Below, one piece after another: positions 8,888 through 19,098 of a stretch of 64,000 nucleotides of DNA (the first letter of the stretch is position 1; each line of letters begins with the position of its first letter). Position numbers and translations under genes: made by a program. This DNA is from an uncultured Mageeibacillus sp. Its GTDB lineage: Bacteria; Bacillota; Clostridia; Saccharofermentanales; DTU023. The notes under the pieces are model-generated. The model made no database searches and was not told where the DNA came from. It saw only the letters and a list, made by a program, of their open reading frames with translations. The DNA is taken from NCBI GenBank assembly GCA_964346175.1, contig CAYFTG010000003.1, positions 1-64,000 of the forward strand. Direction: 5' to 3'.

Positions 8888-10324
8888 ATGAGCAAAAAAG
8901 ATAAACTAGTTAAAGCTATTACTTCACGTGATGAAGATTTTTCGCAATGGTATACAGATATTGTGACTCAGGCTGAATTGGCTTCTTATTCAGCAGTGCG
9001 CGGTTGTATGATTCTACGACCTTATGCCACTTCTTTATGGGAGCTAGTTCGCGAAGATCTTGACCGTCGTTTTAAAGAAACGGGTCACGAGAATGTGATC
9101 ATGCCTATGTTTATCCCCGAGAGTCTCCTGCAGAAGGAGAAAGACCATGTCGACGGTTTTGCTCCTGAGGTTGCTTGGGTGACTCACGGTGGCGATGAAA
9201 AGCTTTCTGAACGCCTCTGCGTGCGTCCTACTTCAGAGGTTCTCTTCTGCCATCACTATTCCGAGATAATTGAAAGTTGGCGCGACCTGCCCAAACTCTA
9301 CAATCAGTGGGTCTCCGTTGTTCGTTGGGAAAAGTCTACACGTCCATTCCTGCGTACGCGTGAGTTTTTCTGGCAGGAAGGTCATACAGCACACGCGACA
9401 GCAGAGGAAGCCATCCAAGAGACTAAAGATATGCTGCAGCTATATGCTGACTTTTTTGAAGAGACTTTGGCCATTCCTGTAATTAAAGGTGTGAAAACCG
9501 ATAGCGAAAAATTCGCTGGAGCAGAAACGACCTACACCGTCGAATCTATGATGTACGACGGTAAGGCTCTACAGTCAGGCACATCACATTATTTCGGAGA
9601 CGGCTTCGCCAAGGTATTTGACATTCAGTACACAGACCGGGATAACCAACTGCAATACGTACATCAATCCTCTTGGGGTGTATCCAGCCGTTCCATTGGT
9701 GGCATCATAATGGTGCACGGAGATGACGACGGGCTGGTTCTGCCGCCTGCTGTGGCTCCGATTCAGATTGCAATAATTCCTGTAGCACAACATAAAGAAG
9801 GGGTACTGGATAAAGCACGGGAAATCACCGAGCGTTTGCAGAAGAATTACCGTGTAAAATTAGATGACAGTGACCGCATGCCCGGCTGGAAGTTCTCAGA
9901 ATATGAGATGAAGGGCGTACCTCTACGTTTAGAAATCGGTCCGCGTGATATTGAAAACAATAGTTGCGTCTTGGTAACACGAGACAACCGCGAGAAAATC
10001 AATGTGCCTTTGGATGAACTGGAGGAGAGAATTCCAGAAATCCTGAATGAATATCGTCAACGCTTATATAATAAAGCTAAAGAGCATCGTGAAGCAAATT
10101 CGTACGTAGCTCATAGTAGTGAAGAGTTTTTTGATATTTTGGAAAACAAAACCGGTTTCGTTACTGGCTGCTGGTGTGGCAGCGCAGATTGTGAGGCAAA
10201 AGTCAAAGAACGCACCGGTGCTACTTCGCGTTGTATCACTCCGGAAGACCCGGAAGTTGACGATGTCTGCCTTATCTGCGGTGAAGATGCTACCTCTACA
10301 GTAATCTGGGGGAAAGCCTACTGA
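8888..10324 (+). CDS. proS: Prolyl-tRNA synthetase of the archaeal/eukaryote-like type, with a C-terminal zinc-binding domain and no INS editing domain.
   Basis: Class II aaRS core. The C-terminus reads [10 protein letters not shown]...CLICG. About 478 aa. Confidence 0.9.
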   Translation: MSKKDKLVKAITSRDEDFSQWYTDIVTQAELASYSAVRGCMILRPYATSLWELVREDLDRRFKETGHENVIMPMFIPESLLQKEKDHVDGFAPEVAWVTHGGDEKLSERLCVRPTSEVLFCHHYSEIIESWRDLPKLYNQWVSVVRWEKSTRPFLRTREFFWQEGHTAHATAEEAIQETKDMLQLYADFFEETLAIPVIKGVKTDSEKFAGAETTYTVESMMYDGKALQSGTSHYFGDGFAKVFDIQYTDRDNQLQYVHQSSWGVSSRSIGGIIMVHGDDDGLVLPPAVAPIQIAIIPVAQHKEGVLDKAREITERLQKNYRVKLDDSDRMPGWKFSEYEMKGVPLRLEIGPRDIENNSCVLVTRDNREKINVPLDELEERIPEILNEYRQRLYNKAKEHREANSYVAHSSEEFFDILENKTGFVTGCWCGSADCEAKVKERTGATSRCITPEDPEVDDVCLICGEDATSTVIWGKAY

Positions 10325-11199
10325 TGATTGACAAGCCAGGCCAGATAAACAGAAACGCTCCGATCGGAGTGTTTGATTCCGGCTTGGGCGGCCTTACGGT
10401 ACTGCGCGAATTGTTAAGCTTGCTGCCTCAGGAATCTTATGTTTATCTAGCTGACACCGCTAATGCTCCTTATGGGCGTAATTCTCCTGAAACCGTTCGG
10501 AAAAACACGCTAAACAACGTGGAGTTCTTCTTGCGTCATGGCGTTAAGATGATTATTTTCGCTTGCAATACATCTAGTGCCATTGCACTTGATGCTGCTA
10601 AAGAAAAGGCCGGCTCTTTGCCAGTAGTTGGCGTTATCGAGGCCGGCATCTCAGCAGCAATGAATGCGGCTAACAAAGAGCGTGCAGTAAAAATTGCCGT
10701 GTTGGCTACTGAGGCAACTGTGGCCAATGGAGTTTTTGCTCGCAAAATACCGGCTAAGTTTACTGAGAATGATTATCTCGAGCCGTTAGTACAGCAAAAG
10801 GCGTGCCAAGATTTTGTTCAAGTAGTAGAAGATGGTAAGTGGGATGATCCGCTGGCAGATGAAGCTGCTGAAGCCTGCTTGCATGAAGTAAGAACAGAAG
10901 AGCCGGAAATTGCGATCTTGGCTTGCACACATTTCCCATTGTTAAAAGACTCAATTCAGAAATCACTTCCGAATACGCATCTTGTCGACTGCAGTAAAGC
11001 CCTAGCTTACGAGATACAAGACCTACTCAAGTCTCTTGACTTATTAAATACTTCAAAGAAAGATTCGGCATTCGAAGTAGAATTTTATGTTACGAAGTAT
11101 AAACCGGGTATTGAGCAGAATATAGGGCGTATCCTTGACATTGAACTTGATCGTGTGCACCATGTAGACACAAATTATACGGATGAAAATAGAAGCTAA
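10324..11199 (+). CDS. murI: Glutamate racemase.
   Basis: VFDSGLGGLTV and CNTSSA...ACTHFP motifs. The start overlaps the proS stop (TGATGA). Confidence 0.9.
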   Translation: MIDKPGQINRNAPIGVFDSGLGGLTVLRELLSLLPQESYVYLADTANAPYGRNSPETVRKNTLNNVEFFLRHGVKMIIFACNTSSAIALDAAKEKAGSLPVVGVIEAGISAAMNAANKERAVKIAVLATEATVANGVFARKIPAKFTENDYLEPLVQQKACQDFVQVVEDGKWDDPLADEAAEACLHEVRTEEPEIAILACTHFPLLKDSIQKSLPNTHLVDCSKALAYEIQDLLKSLDLLNTSKKDSAFEVEFYVTKYKPGIEQNIGRILDIELDRVHHVDTNYTDENRS

Positions 11200-11227
11200 T
11201 TAGCTATAAAGGAGCTTCCATTACGGA

Positions 11228-11686
11228 ATGAAAAATTTTAAATCCAGTGACGGGAGACAAGCCGCCCGCATTATGCTTACAAGCAGCCAGTGGTACGATG
11301 GTAAAGAGCAGCGTCCTGTGCGCTTGTCTACGCTAGGAACCCTGGAGCATAGATTAGAAGATAATTCGTGGATAGTCAGTTACGATGAAAGTGCTGCGAC
11401 AGGCATGGCAGGAACTAGAACTAGCTTGTCTCTTCACCCTGATGGGCTGATCACCTTGGCTCGAACCGGAGCAATCGAGATGCAGCTTTCATTTAATAAG
11501 GGGGACCAGCGACTAGAGCAATATGAGACTCCCTATGGACTGATACGTTTTTCCCTTTTGACTCACGAAGCGAAAGGCTCACTCTCAAATCTCGGTGGAA
11601 ATATTGAACTCGGTTATGCACTAGCGGTTGATAACAGACACACTATCAGTACTAAATTACTTCTTGAAGTTGAGGCGCAGAATTAG
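11228..11686 (+). CDS. DUF1934 (YwiB-like) beta-barrel protein.
   Basis: About 150 aa. Its pattern, including YETPYGLIRFSLLT, resembles the YwiB family. Confidence 0.5.
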   Translation: MKNFKSSDGRQAARIMLTSSQWYDGKEQRPVRLSTLGTLEHRLEDNSWIVSYDESAATGMAGTRTSLSLHPDGLITLARTGAIEMQLSFNKGDQRLEQYETPYGLIRFSLLTHEAKGSLSNLGGNIELGYALAVDNRHTISTKLLLEVEAQN

Positions 11687-11706
11687 GCTATTAATTGCTC
11701 AAAGAT

Positions 11707-11735
11707 TTGACAAGCAAGCCCTCATCCTTCATAAT
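11707..11735 (+). promoter_or_regulatory. Sigma-A-type promoter for rpmF: TTGACA, 17-nt spacer, CATAAT.
   Basis: The -35 is consensus and the spacer is 17 nt. The -10 matches 5 of 6 positions. It lies about 75 nt upstream of rpmF. Confidence 0.5.
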
Positions 11736-11809
11736 GCTACAGGCACAAAAACAGTAATTCAAAGATTTTACTTTTGAAAATATGAAACTATTAATGGGAG
11801 GTGACATAA

Positions 11810-11992
11810 ATGGCAGTTCCTAAGAGAAAATCCTCAAAACAAAGAACCCGTTCACGTCGCGCCAACTGGAAAAGAACAGCAACACCTAACCTGACCGAAT
11901 GTCCGCAGTGTCATGAACTCAGAGCATCACATATGGTGTGCAAGAATTGTGGTTACTACAAGGGCAGGGAAGTAGTAAGTTCTGAAGAATAA
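11810..11992 (+). CDS. rpmF: 50S ribosomal protein L32.
   Basis: [12 protein letters not shown]...CPQC...CKNCG. Confidence 0.9.
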   Translation: MAVPKRKSSKQRTRSRRANWKRTATPNLTECPQCHELRASHMVCKNCGYYKGREVVSSEE

Positions 11993-12068
11993 AAATTGAT
12001 TTTTATTTAATGAATGAAGCAGCGTGCCACAGGCCCGTTGCTTTTCACGTTAAGAATAAAGTGAAGCA

Positions 12069-13421
12069 ATGAGAAAACCCATATTAGCAATTGTCGGTCG
12101 CCCTAATACAGGAAAATCAACCCTGTTCAATTCGCTTGCCGGAAAGCGGCTGGCTATTGTTGGGCCGAATCCCGGAGTTACACGCGATCGGATCATGACC
12201 GACGCAGATTGGTCAGGTCATGACTTCGTGCTCATTGATACCGGCGGTATCGAGACAGGCACCAAAGACAGTCTGCAAGACTTAATGCACCAACAGGTCG
12301 ACGTCGCAATTGAAATGGCGGATGTCATATGCTTCCTCACGGATATCAACCTCGGTCTCTCTGATATTGACTACGATATTGCGCAAAGACTCCGCAAAAG
12401 CGGTAAGCCAGTTGTCTGTGCCGTGAACAAGATCGACGTCCCCGGGGATCCGCCGCCTGAATTTTATTCTTTCTACGAGCTTGGCTTCACCGAGACAATC
12501 CCGATTTCTGCTACACATAAACTGGGGTTGTCTGAGCTTTTGGATGCTATAATCAAGTATTTCCCTCCACCTTTGGAAGAAGCAGGGGACTTCGAGCATA
12601 TTCCCGTTGCAATTCTGGGGCGACCCAACGCCGGTAAGTCTTCTTTAGCCAATAAATTGCTGGGAGAAGAGCGCAGTATCGTTTCCGATATTCCCGGTAC
12701 AACGCGTGATTCGTTAGATAGTGATATTGAGCATAATGGGCAGATGTATCGTTTGATCGATACTGCAGGATTACGCAGAAAAAGTCGGATCGACGACAGT
12801 ATTGAATATGTCAGTACTCTGAGAACCAGAAAAGCTGTGGAACGTTGTGAGATCGCTCTCATCATGATTGATGCTGTTGAGGGCTTGACCAGCCAAGACA
12901 CTAAGGTTGCAGGGCTGGCCCATCAAGCGGGTAAGGCTGCAATATTTGTCGTGAACAAGTGGGATCTCATGAATCAGTCTTTCCAATTTCGCCAGGACTA
13001 TGAACAAGATATACGTTTACGCTTTAATTTTATGGCCTACGCGCCTGTAGTATTTATGTCTGCTAAGACCGGAGACGGTATAGAGCAGCTCTGGCAGACA
13101 ATTGAACAGGTGCATGCAGCATACCACAGGCGCATGCCTACTTCTCTCTTAAATGATGTAATTGCTGATGCGGTTATCATGCATCCTGCGCCGCAACACA
13201 AAGGTCGACAACTGAAGATTTACTATGCCACAATGACAGGCGTGGCTCCTCCATCAATTCTCTTTTTTATTAATGATGTCAAGCTGCTTCACTTTTCCTA
13301 TGAGCGATATCTGGAAAATCGCCTGCGGGAAAGCTTCGATTTCCAAGGTACACCTCTTATTTTCCGCTGGAAAGGGAAGGCAGCCCGTGACGCATCAAAG
13401 TCAGTAGTGACACCGGACTGA
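12069..13421 (+). CDS. der: Ribosome-biogenesis GTPase Der/EngA, with two tandem G domains and a KH-like domain.
   Basis: Two GxPNxGKS P-loops (GRPNTGKST, GRPNAGKSS) and NKxD motifs. Confidence 0.95.
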   Translation: MRKPILAIVGRPNTGKSTLFNSLAGKRLAIVGPNPGVTRDRIMTDADWSGHDFVLIDTGGIETGTKDSLQDLMHQQVDVAIEMADVICFLTDINLGLSDIDYDIAQRLRKSGKPVVCAVNKIDVPGDPPPEFYSFYELGFTETIPISATHKLGLSELLDAIIKYFPPPLEEAGDFEHIPVAILGRPNAGKSSLANKLLGEERSIVSDIPGTTRDSLDSDIEHNGQMYRLIDTAGLRRKSRIDDSIEYVSTLRTRKAVERCEIALIMIDAVEGLTSQDTKVAGLAHQAGKAAIFVVNKWDLMNQSFQFRQDYEQDIRLRFNFMAYAPVVFMSAKTGDGIEQLWQTIEQVHAAYHRRMPTSLLNDVIADAVIMHPAPQHKGRQLKIYYATMTGVAPPSILFFINDVKLLHFSYERYLENRLRESFDFQGTPLIFRWKGKAARDASKSVVTPD

Positions 13422-13510
13422 TTGCCCCTTTTTTGACCACTCTAAGACAGAGTTGTATACTTGCATCATGCTTTCAGTAAAAAACAAAGGAAGTTAAGCA
13501 CAGGATTTTT

Positions 13511-14653
13511 ATGCCACGAAAAGTAAGAAAAATTTTAACCTTTCTCGCCATTGTTGTAATTCTTATTGCTGCAGTCTTGGTCGGATTTTTCCTAGGTTTC
13601 CGCTATGTGCGCGAGCAGGATCAAAGACTGGAGTCTCTGTCTGAGTCTTTTGATCGCGAAGGAATATCTCCGATTACGGCGGACACTGATGGTGCAGTAG
13701 AGATTTATATTGCTCAACAATCTGATACCGGAGACATTGCTGAGACATTAAAAGATTCCGGCTTGATTAAGAACACTTTTGCGTACGAATTAATTTCTAA
13801 ATTTAACGGTTTTGATGGTCAATATCAATACGGTACACATTACCTTTTACCCGATATGAGCTACGACGAAATGATGCTGATCTTAACCAGACAGCCTAAG
13901 CAAATAGCTGTGACTTTTTATGAGGGTATGACCTATGAGCAAATGAGAGATACCATGATCGATGCAGGTATGCGTTTTAATCCGGATCTTCTTGATGAGA
14001 TAGTCATGCGTCCTTCGCTTTTCACTGATTATTCTTTTATTTCCGGAATTGAGGAGCACCCGGGCAGAGAATGGCTTTTGCAGGGTTACCTCTGGCCTGA
14101 CACGTACCTTTTCGATATTAACTCTACCGAGCAGGAAATAATCCGTATCTTCCTCAACAATACTGAATCTAAACTTAAAGAGGGGAATTATTACGAAAGA
14201 GCCGATCATCAGGGTATCTCATTGGACGATGCAATTATTCTAGCTTCCATTGTCCAAAGTGAAGGTACGATCTCAGAAATGAATAAAATTGCTCGCGTAT
14301 TTATTAATCGCCTCTTGCTGGAAATGCCACTGCAAGCTGAACCTACTGTTAATTATTTGCGAGTTGGAGATGGTAAAGAGCCTAAATTGTGGATGAGTGA
14401 GCAAGAGTTACGCGAATATGCCACCAACCCATATAACACCTATTATTTCAACGGCTTACCTCCCGGTCCGATCAATTCACCTGGCGTGGTGGCTATAGAA
14501 GCTGTTTTGTGGCCGGCAACAGAGCGGACCTGGACAGGGGCTGAGTCCTATCTCTATTTTACGGCTACCGGGAAAGGCACCACGGATTTCTCCTTTACTT
14601 ATGAGGAACATGCTGAAAAGACAGCCAGGTACATGGCTGAGTACGAAGACTGA
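13511..14653 (+). CDS. mltG: Endolytic murein transglycosylase MltG (YceG family).
   Basis: N-terminal TM segment and a YceG-like domain with the GLPPGPINSPG motif. Confidence 0.8.
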   Translation: MPRKVRKILTFLAIVVILIAAVLVGFFLGFRYVREQDQRLESLSESFDREGISPITADTDGAVEIYIAQQSDTGDIAETLKDSGLIKNTFAYELISKFNGFDGQYQYGTHYLLPDMSYDEMMLILTRQPKQIAVTFYEGMTYEQMRDTMIDAGMRFNPDLLDEIVMRPSLFTDYSFISGIEEHPGREWLLQGYLWPDTYLFDINSTEQEIIRIFLNNTESKLKEGNYYERADHQGISLDDAIILASIVQSEGTISEMNKIARVFINRLLLEMPLQAEPTVNYLRVGDGKEPKLWMSEQELREYATNPYNTYYFNGLPPGPINSPGVVAIEAVLWPATERTWTGAESYLYFTATGKGTTDFSFTYEEHAEKTARYMAEYED

Positions 14654-15715
14654 TCAAAGAAAATAGTCCGCGATCAGCGACAACGCAAATAGGACCAAAG
14701 ATATCGCTATCAAAATCCAGCTAAGGGTTAAGCGGTCTTTGGTCTTTTCTATATGTTTGCTTATGTGCGGCTGCACTGACAGAGCAAGTTGATTTCTTCT
14801 TTCTGCCCGATCGAGTAAATTAAAATGGAATATCCCCGGAAGCCCCAAGACCAAGACAATAAGTAGCAGAGCAAAGATAAGTAAAGTTCCTTGAAGATCA
14901 GAGGTAGATTGCCAGGCGATGAAGTGGCTGCTGAGCATACTGAAGAATCCGGGCGCAAACATAAGTGTCGTCATAAAAGCTGCGCAGGAAATAGCTGCAG
15001 TAATTAAGCCACTACCTGTTACATAAATTCTAGTCAGTATGATCCATAGCAGTAAATAGGCAAAAAAAGATTGCGCTTCTACTGGTACCAGTGCACCTAA
15101 AAGGCATGTGAAAAATAAAGAAAGCATTCTTTTCTCGCTTGGCAGTAGTGGTGTCAGAAACAAGCCGAGCAAGAGAGGGACTAATGTAACTGTCGGCAAA
15201 AGTACGCTGAAGCTGAGTGCTGCAGCTGCCCGGCCTGTGGATTGGTGTAGAAAGGGTTCAAACGTGTTAAGACTGGCAGGGAGATAAGATTTGGCCAGAT
15301 CCAGCACGTTAATGCGAGTCAAAAGTACTATGACGAGGTAGTAGGCAAAAGCTGCTGTTATTCCCAGCCATAGTGCAGAGAACATACTGAGCGGCCTATC
15401 TTTGTGCCGTGCCAATAAATTAGCGGAAGGCTTATAAATTAATAAAACAAGGGTTAGTACAAGCAGAGGGATGAGTCCAAAATGAATAATTTGCTTCAGT
15501 GCTAGAACCTGCCAGCTTGCCGGTTCGGCGAATAAGATGAAGGTAGGTGATAAATGCTCCAAAACCGACATGCCTAAGAGGAGAAACGCTAACAGCAGCG
15601 CTATCAACGTCGGCATAAACTGGACGCGCTGCGCTTCTGTTCTTGCTTTGATGAATTTCGCAGATTCTTGATCGAGAAGAATCATTTCTTCTTTTGTGTT
15701 TCTCGTGTTTGCCAC
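14654..15715 (-). CDS. Polytopic integral membrane protein of unknown function, about 9-10 TM helices.
   Basis: Hydrophobic throughout. No recognisable catalytic motif. It lies directly downstream of the A24-like gene on the same strand. Confidence 0.45.
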   Translation of the reverse strand: MANTRNTKEEMILLDQESAKFIKARTEAQRVQFMPTLIALLLAFLLLGMSVLEHLSPTFILFAEPASWQVLALKQIIHFGLIPLLVLTLVLLIYKPSANLLARHKDRPLSMFSALWLGITAAFAYYLVIVLLTRINVLDLAKSYLPASLNTFEPFLHQSTGRAAAALSFSVLLPTVTLVPLLLGLFLTPLLPSEKRMLSLFFTCLLGALVPVEAQSFFAYLLLWIILTRIYVTGSGLITAAISCAAFMTTLMFAPGFFSMLSSHFIAWQSTSDLQGTLLIFALLLIVLVLGLPGIFHFNLLDRAERRNQLALSVQPHISKHIEKTKDRLTLSWILIAISLVLFALSLIADYFL

Positions 15716-15807
15716 TCTTGACCTCTTCTTACAGGTATAACTGGTAACTTTAGTAAAATATTATACGCTAATGCTCTATACAATAGCATTAAAAATATTA
15801 TTCCTTT

Positions 15808-16323
15808 CTAAAATTGATAGTAGCGGACAATGAAGCAGGCAAGTGTGAGATAGGGAATAAACGGAAAAGAATTATCTGCCTCTTCGTCTTTGAATTGAAT
15901 ATTCTCTCGACAATACTTGAAAAGAGCTGAAGGAAGCGCCAAAACACTGGCAATGAACAAGACTTGAAAGGATTTTACTCCCGGAAGCAGCGGAGCGATG
16001 GCAAAGAGGAACAAGACATCAGCTGATCCTAAATGAGCCCTAACTATAGGGAGAAAGTAAGCGATACTTAAAAGGAGCGGAAGTGAATATCCGAGAAGTA
16101 GAGAAGACCACAGCCGGAGCGAGTGCTCACTATGTGAATAATTCTGTTCGCAAAATTGCCACATCAGGATCAAGGCAGTCAGAAGAACAAAGTCGCTGAG
16201 ACGACAGGTCTTGTTCTTCAGATCATCGTAATTTAGCTTGATTAATATCGCTAATATGGAAAGATAGAATATGTACATTAATCTAGTTTGATCTGCTAGG
16301 AGGGTATATTTTTGATCTGTCAC
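15808..16323 (-). CDS. Small A24-family (prepilin/TadV/CpaA-like) aspartic peptidase-like membrane protein.
   Basis: LNYDDLKNKTCRLSDF resembles the first catalytic-Asp region of A24 peptidases. GSADVLFLFA resembles the GGGDVKL second-Asp motif. About 5 TM helices. No pilin or Tad genes are nearby. Confidence 0.4.
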   Translation of the reverse strand: MTDQKYTLLADQTRLMYIFYLSILAILIKLNYDDLKNKTCRLSDFVLLTALILMWQFCEQNYSHSEHSLRLWSSLLLGYSLPLLLSIAYFLPIVRAHLGSADVLFLFAIAPLLPGVKSFQVLFIASVLALPSALFKYCRENIQFKDEEADNSFPFIPYLTLACFIVRYYQF

Positions 16324-16415
16324 CGGCGAGAGAAGCCAAGAACGGTCAAATTATGCTAATTGTCAGAGCTTACATTTCTGTTATAATAGCTTCGGTTTAA
16401 GAAAGGTAGTTAACT

Positions 16416-18791
16416 ATGAATAAAGAAAAATTCAAAGAACACATGTTATCGCATCTGCATTCAGAGTTTGCCAAAGGCTTTGAAAATGCTAGTGAATATG
16501 AGTTTTATCAATCACTATCGCGCACAGTCATGGAGATGATGACTCCAAACTGGGAGAGAACGCGAGAAAAATATCGTGAAGGTCGTCAAGTGCATTATTT
16601 CTCTGCAGAATTTCTTGTTGGCCGCAGCTTGGAGAACAACTTAATTAACTTGGGTATTCTTGAGCCTGTTATCGAATTAGTTGAAGAGATGGGCCACGAT
16701 TTCTACAACTTACTGGAAGAAGAGCAGGATCCCGGACTTGGAAATGGCGGTCTGGGTAGACTTGCTGCCTGTTTTATGGATTCCTCAAGCACTATGAATC
16801 TGCCTGTTATCGGTCACGGACTTCTTTACCGCTATGGCCTCTTCCGTCAGGAAATTGAGAACGGTTTCCAAAAGGAATATCCGGATTCATGGATGGAGTG
16901 GGGTTATCCCTTCATTGTGCCGCGACGCGAAGACACGATGCTAGTGCATTACGATGATTTGGATGTATACGCTGTTCCCTATGACATGCCCGTGTCCGGC
17001 TATGGAACCGATAATGTAAGTACTTTACGCTTGTGGCGTGCTGAACCGGCGGAGCAGTTTGACTTCAATCTTTTTAATTCTCAGCGTTTCGATGATGCGG
17101 TGATTGAACGCAATAGGGTACAGGATATTACTCGTGTCCTATATCCCAATGACACCTCTTATGACGGTAAAGTACTGCGGGTAAGACAACAATACTTCTT
17201 TGTCTCCGCTTCTTTGCAGGTAATTGTGAGAAATTATCGTGAAAAGCACGGCAGCGACTTCTCTCAATTTGCAGAATATAACAGCATTCAGCTTAATGAC
17301 ACTCATCCGGTTTTGGCGATCCCGGAGTTGATGCGTCTATTAATCGATGAAAACAAACAAAGCTGGGAAGAAGCATGGAAGATCACCTGTGACACTTTTG
17401 CCTTTACCAATCACACGATCATGCAGGAAGCTCTCGAAACTTGGAACGTTGAAATCTTCCGTTATCTTTTCCCCAGAATCTTACAAATTGTTGAAAAGAT
17501 AGATAAGCAATTCGAAGAAGAGATGGTTAAGGAAGGCTTAAACCAGCAGGAAGTTGATATAATCTCTCCTATTCATGACGGCAGAGTACATATGGCTTAT
17601 CTAGCGGCTTACGCCTGTTTCTCCATCAACGGTGTTGCCCAAATTCACAGCAACATCATTAAGAATACAGTTTTCGAAACATTCTATGAACATTCTCCGG
17701 AAAAATTCAACAATAAGACCAATGGCGTCACACCGCGCCGTTGGCTCAAAGTCTGTAATCCAAAATTGTCCGATCTGTTAACAGAACTACTTGCTTCTAC
17801 AGATTGGATCCGTGATATGACTCTCTTGAGGGATTTGGAAGGCCATGTTGATGATACGAAAGTAATGCGGCGTCTACTCGAAATAAAGGATGATAACAAA
17901 AAGCATCTGGCAGAACATATCAAAATTCAGGAAGGCATCGATCTCGATAGCAATTTCATTTTTGACATTCAGGTTAAGCGCTTACATGAATACAAGCGTC
18001 AGCTGCTAAATGTCTTAGAAATTGTGGATCGTTATTATACGATTAAAGAGAATCCGAAGGCGGCTTCCGGTCCGGCAGTAGCTTATATCTTTGGGGCTAA
18101 AGCTGCGCCCGGTTACTTTAACGCCAAAGCAATCATCAAGTTCATCAATGAAGTTGCCAAGCTGATTAATAGTGACTCAGATGTAAACGAGTACATGCGT
18201 GTGGTATTCCTACACAATTACAATGTGTCATTAGCCCAGAAAGTATTCCCTGCTGCAGACATCTCCGAGCAGATATCTACAGTCGGAATGGAAGCTTCCG
18301 GTACCGGCAATATGAAATTCATGATGAACGGTGCCCTCACTTTGGGAACTTATGATGGGGCTAACTTGGAAATCCTGTCCGAAGTAGGAGAGGAGAACAG
18401 CTTCATGTTCGGTCCTAAATTGAAAGATTTCCCCGACACTAAGGCTTATTACAATGTGCAATGGCAATACGAGAACATCCCCGGCCTAAAGCGTGCCGTC
18501 GATATCCTGGTGGATGGTACCATTACCGATGGTAATACTGGCATGTTCAAGGCTATCCATGACAGCCTACTTCGCGGCACCAGCTCTGAGATGGCAGATC
18601 CTTATTATGTGTTGGGGGACTTTGAAGCCTACAGAGATGCTCGCAAGCTGGCACACGATAACTATCGCGACTCCATCGAATGGGCACAGATGTGCTGGCG
18701 GAATATTTGTCGCAGTGGACATTTCAGTTCAGACCGTACAATCAGTGATTATGCAAGAGATATCTGGCGTATCACAGAAAATAAAATTTAA
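16416..18791 (+). CDS. glgP: Glycogen/maltodextrin phosphorylase.
   Basis: About 790 aa, with the pyridoxal-phosphate region EASGTGNMKFMMNGALTLGTYDGANLE. Confidence 0.9.
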   Translation: MNKEKFKEHMLSHLHSEFAKGFENASEYEFYQSLSRTVMEMMTPNWERTREKYREGRQVHYFSAEFLVGRSLENNLINLGILEPVIELVEEMGHDFYNLLEEEQDPGLGNGGLGRLAACFMDSSSTMNLPVIGHGLLYRYGLFRQEIENGFQKEYPDSWMEWGYPFIVPRREDTMLVHYDDLDVYAVPYDMPVSGYGTDNVSTLRLWRAEPAEQFDFNLFNSQRFDDAVIERNRVQDITRVLYPNDTSYDGKVLRVRQQYFFVSASLQVIVRNYREKHGSDFSQFAEYNSIQLNDTHPVLAIPELMRLLIDENKQSWEEAWKITCDTFAFTNHTIMQEALETWNVEIFRYLFPRILQIVEKIDKQFEEEMVKEGLNQQEVDIISPIHDGRVHMAYLAAYACFSINGVAQIHSNIIKNTVFETFYEHSPEKFNNKTNGVTPRRWLKVCNPKLSDLLTELLASTDWIRDMTLLRDLEGHVDDTKVMRRLLEIKDDNKKHLAEHIKIQEGIDLDSNFIFDIQVKRLHEYKRQLLNVLEIVDRYYTIKENPKAASGPAVAYIFGAKAAPGYFNAKAIIKFINEVAKLINSDSDVNEYMRVVFLHNYNVSLAQKVFPAADISEQISTVGMEASGTGNMKFMMNGALTLGTYDGANLEILSEVGEENSFMFGPKLKDFPDTKAYYNVQWQYENIPGLKRAVDILVDGTITDGNTGMFKAIHDSLLRGTSSEMADPYYVLGDFEAYRDARKLAHDNYRDSIEWAQMCWRNICRSGHFSSDRTISDYARDIWRITENKI

Positions 18792-18815
18792 GTAAAAATA
18801 GAAAAGGGATTAATA

Positions 18816-19052
18816 ATGGCAGAATTTAAATTTGAAATCAAAAAAGAGATTGCAGTTCTTTCTACAAGCAAATCCGGTTGGAACAGAGAATTAAACTTTG
18901 TCAGCTGGAATGAAGCTGCACCGAAATTGGATCTTCGTGATTGGTCTCCTGATCACAAAAAAATGGGCAAGGGCATTACTCTGACCCAAGAAGAAGCAAT
19001 TATTCTCAGAGAACTGCTCAGTCAAATATCTTTAGACGAGCTTTATCAATAA
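18816..19052 (+). CDS. YdbC-like small protein with a PC4-type ssDNA-binding fold.
   Basis: 78 aa. It carries the pattern KSGWNRELNFVSWNEAAPKLDLRDWSPDHKKMGKGITL. Confidence 0.5.
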   Translation: MAEFKFEIKKEIAVLSTSKSGWNRELNFVSWNEAAPKLDLRDWSPDHKKMGKGITLTQEEAIILRELLSQISLDELYQ

Positions 19053-19098
19053 TTTTTTAAGCAAAATTTATTAGGGCAGCGGCTGATGGGGATCTTCC

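Noticed and set aside
11696-11770. Direct repeat TCAAAGATTT flanking the rpmF promoter.
   Set aside because: There are only two 10-bp copies in AT-rich DNA, which could easily arise by chance, and no palindromic structure is present.
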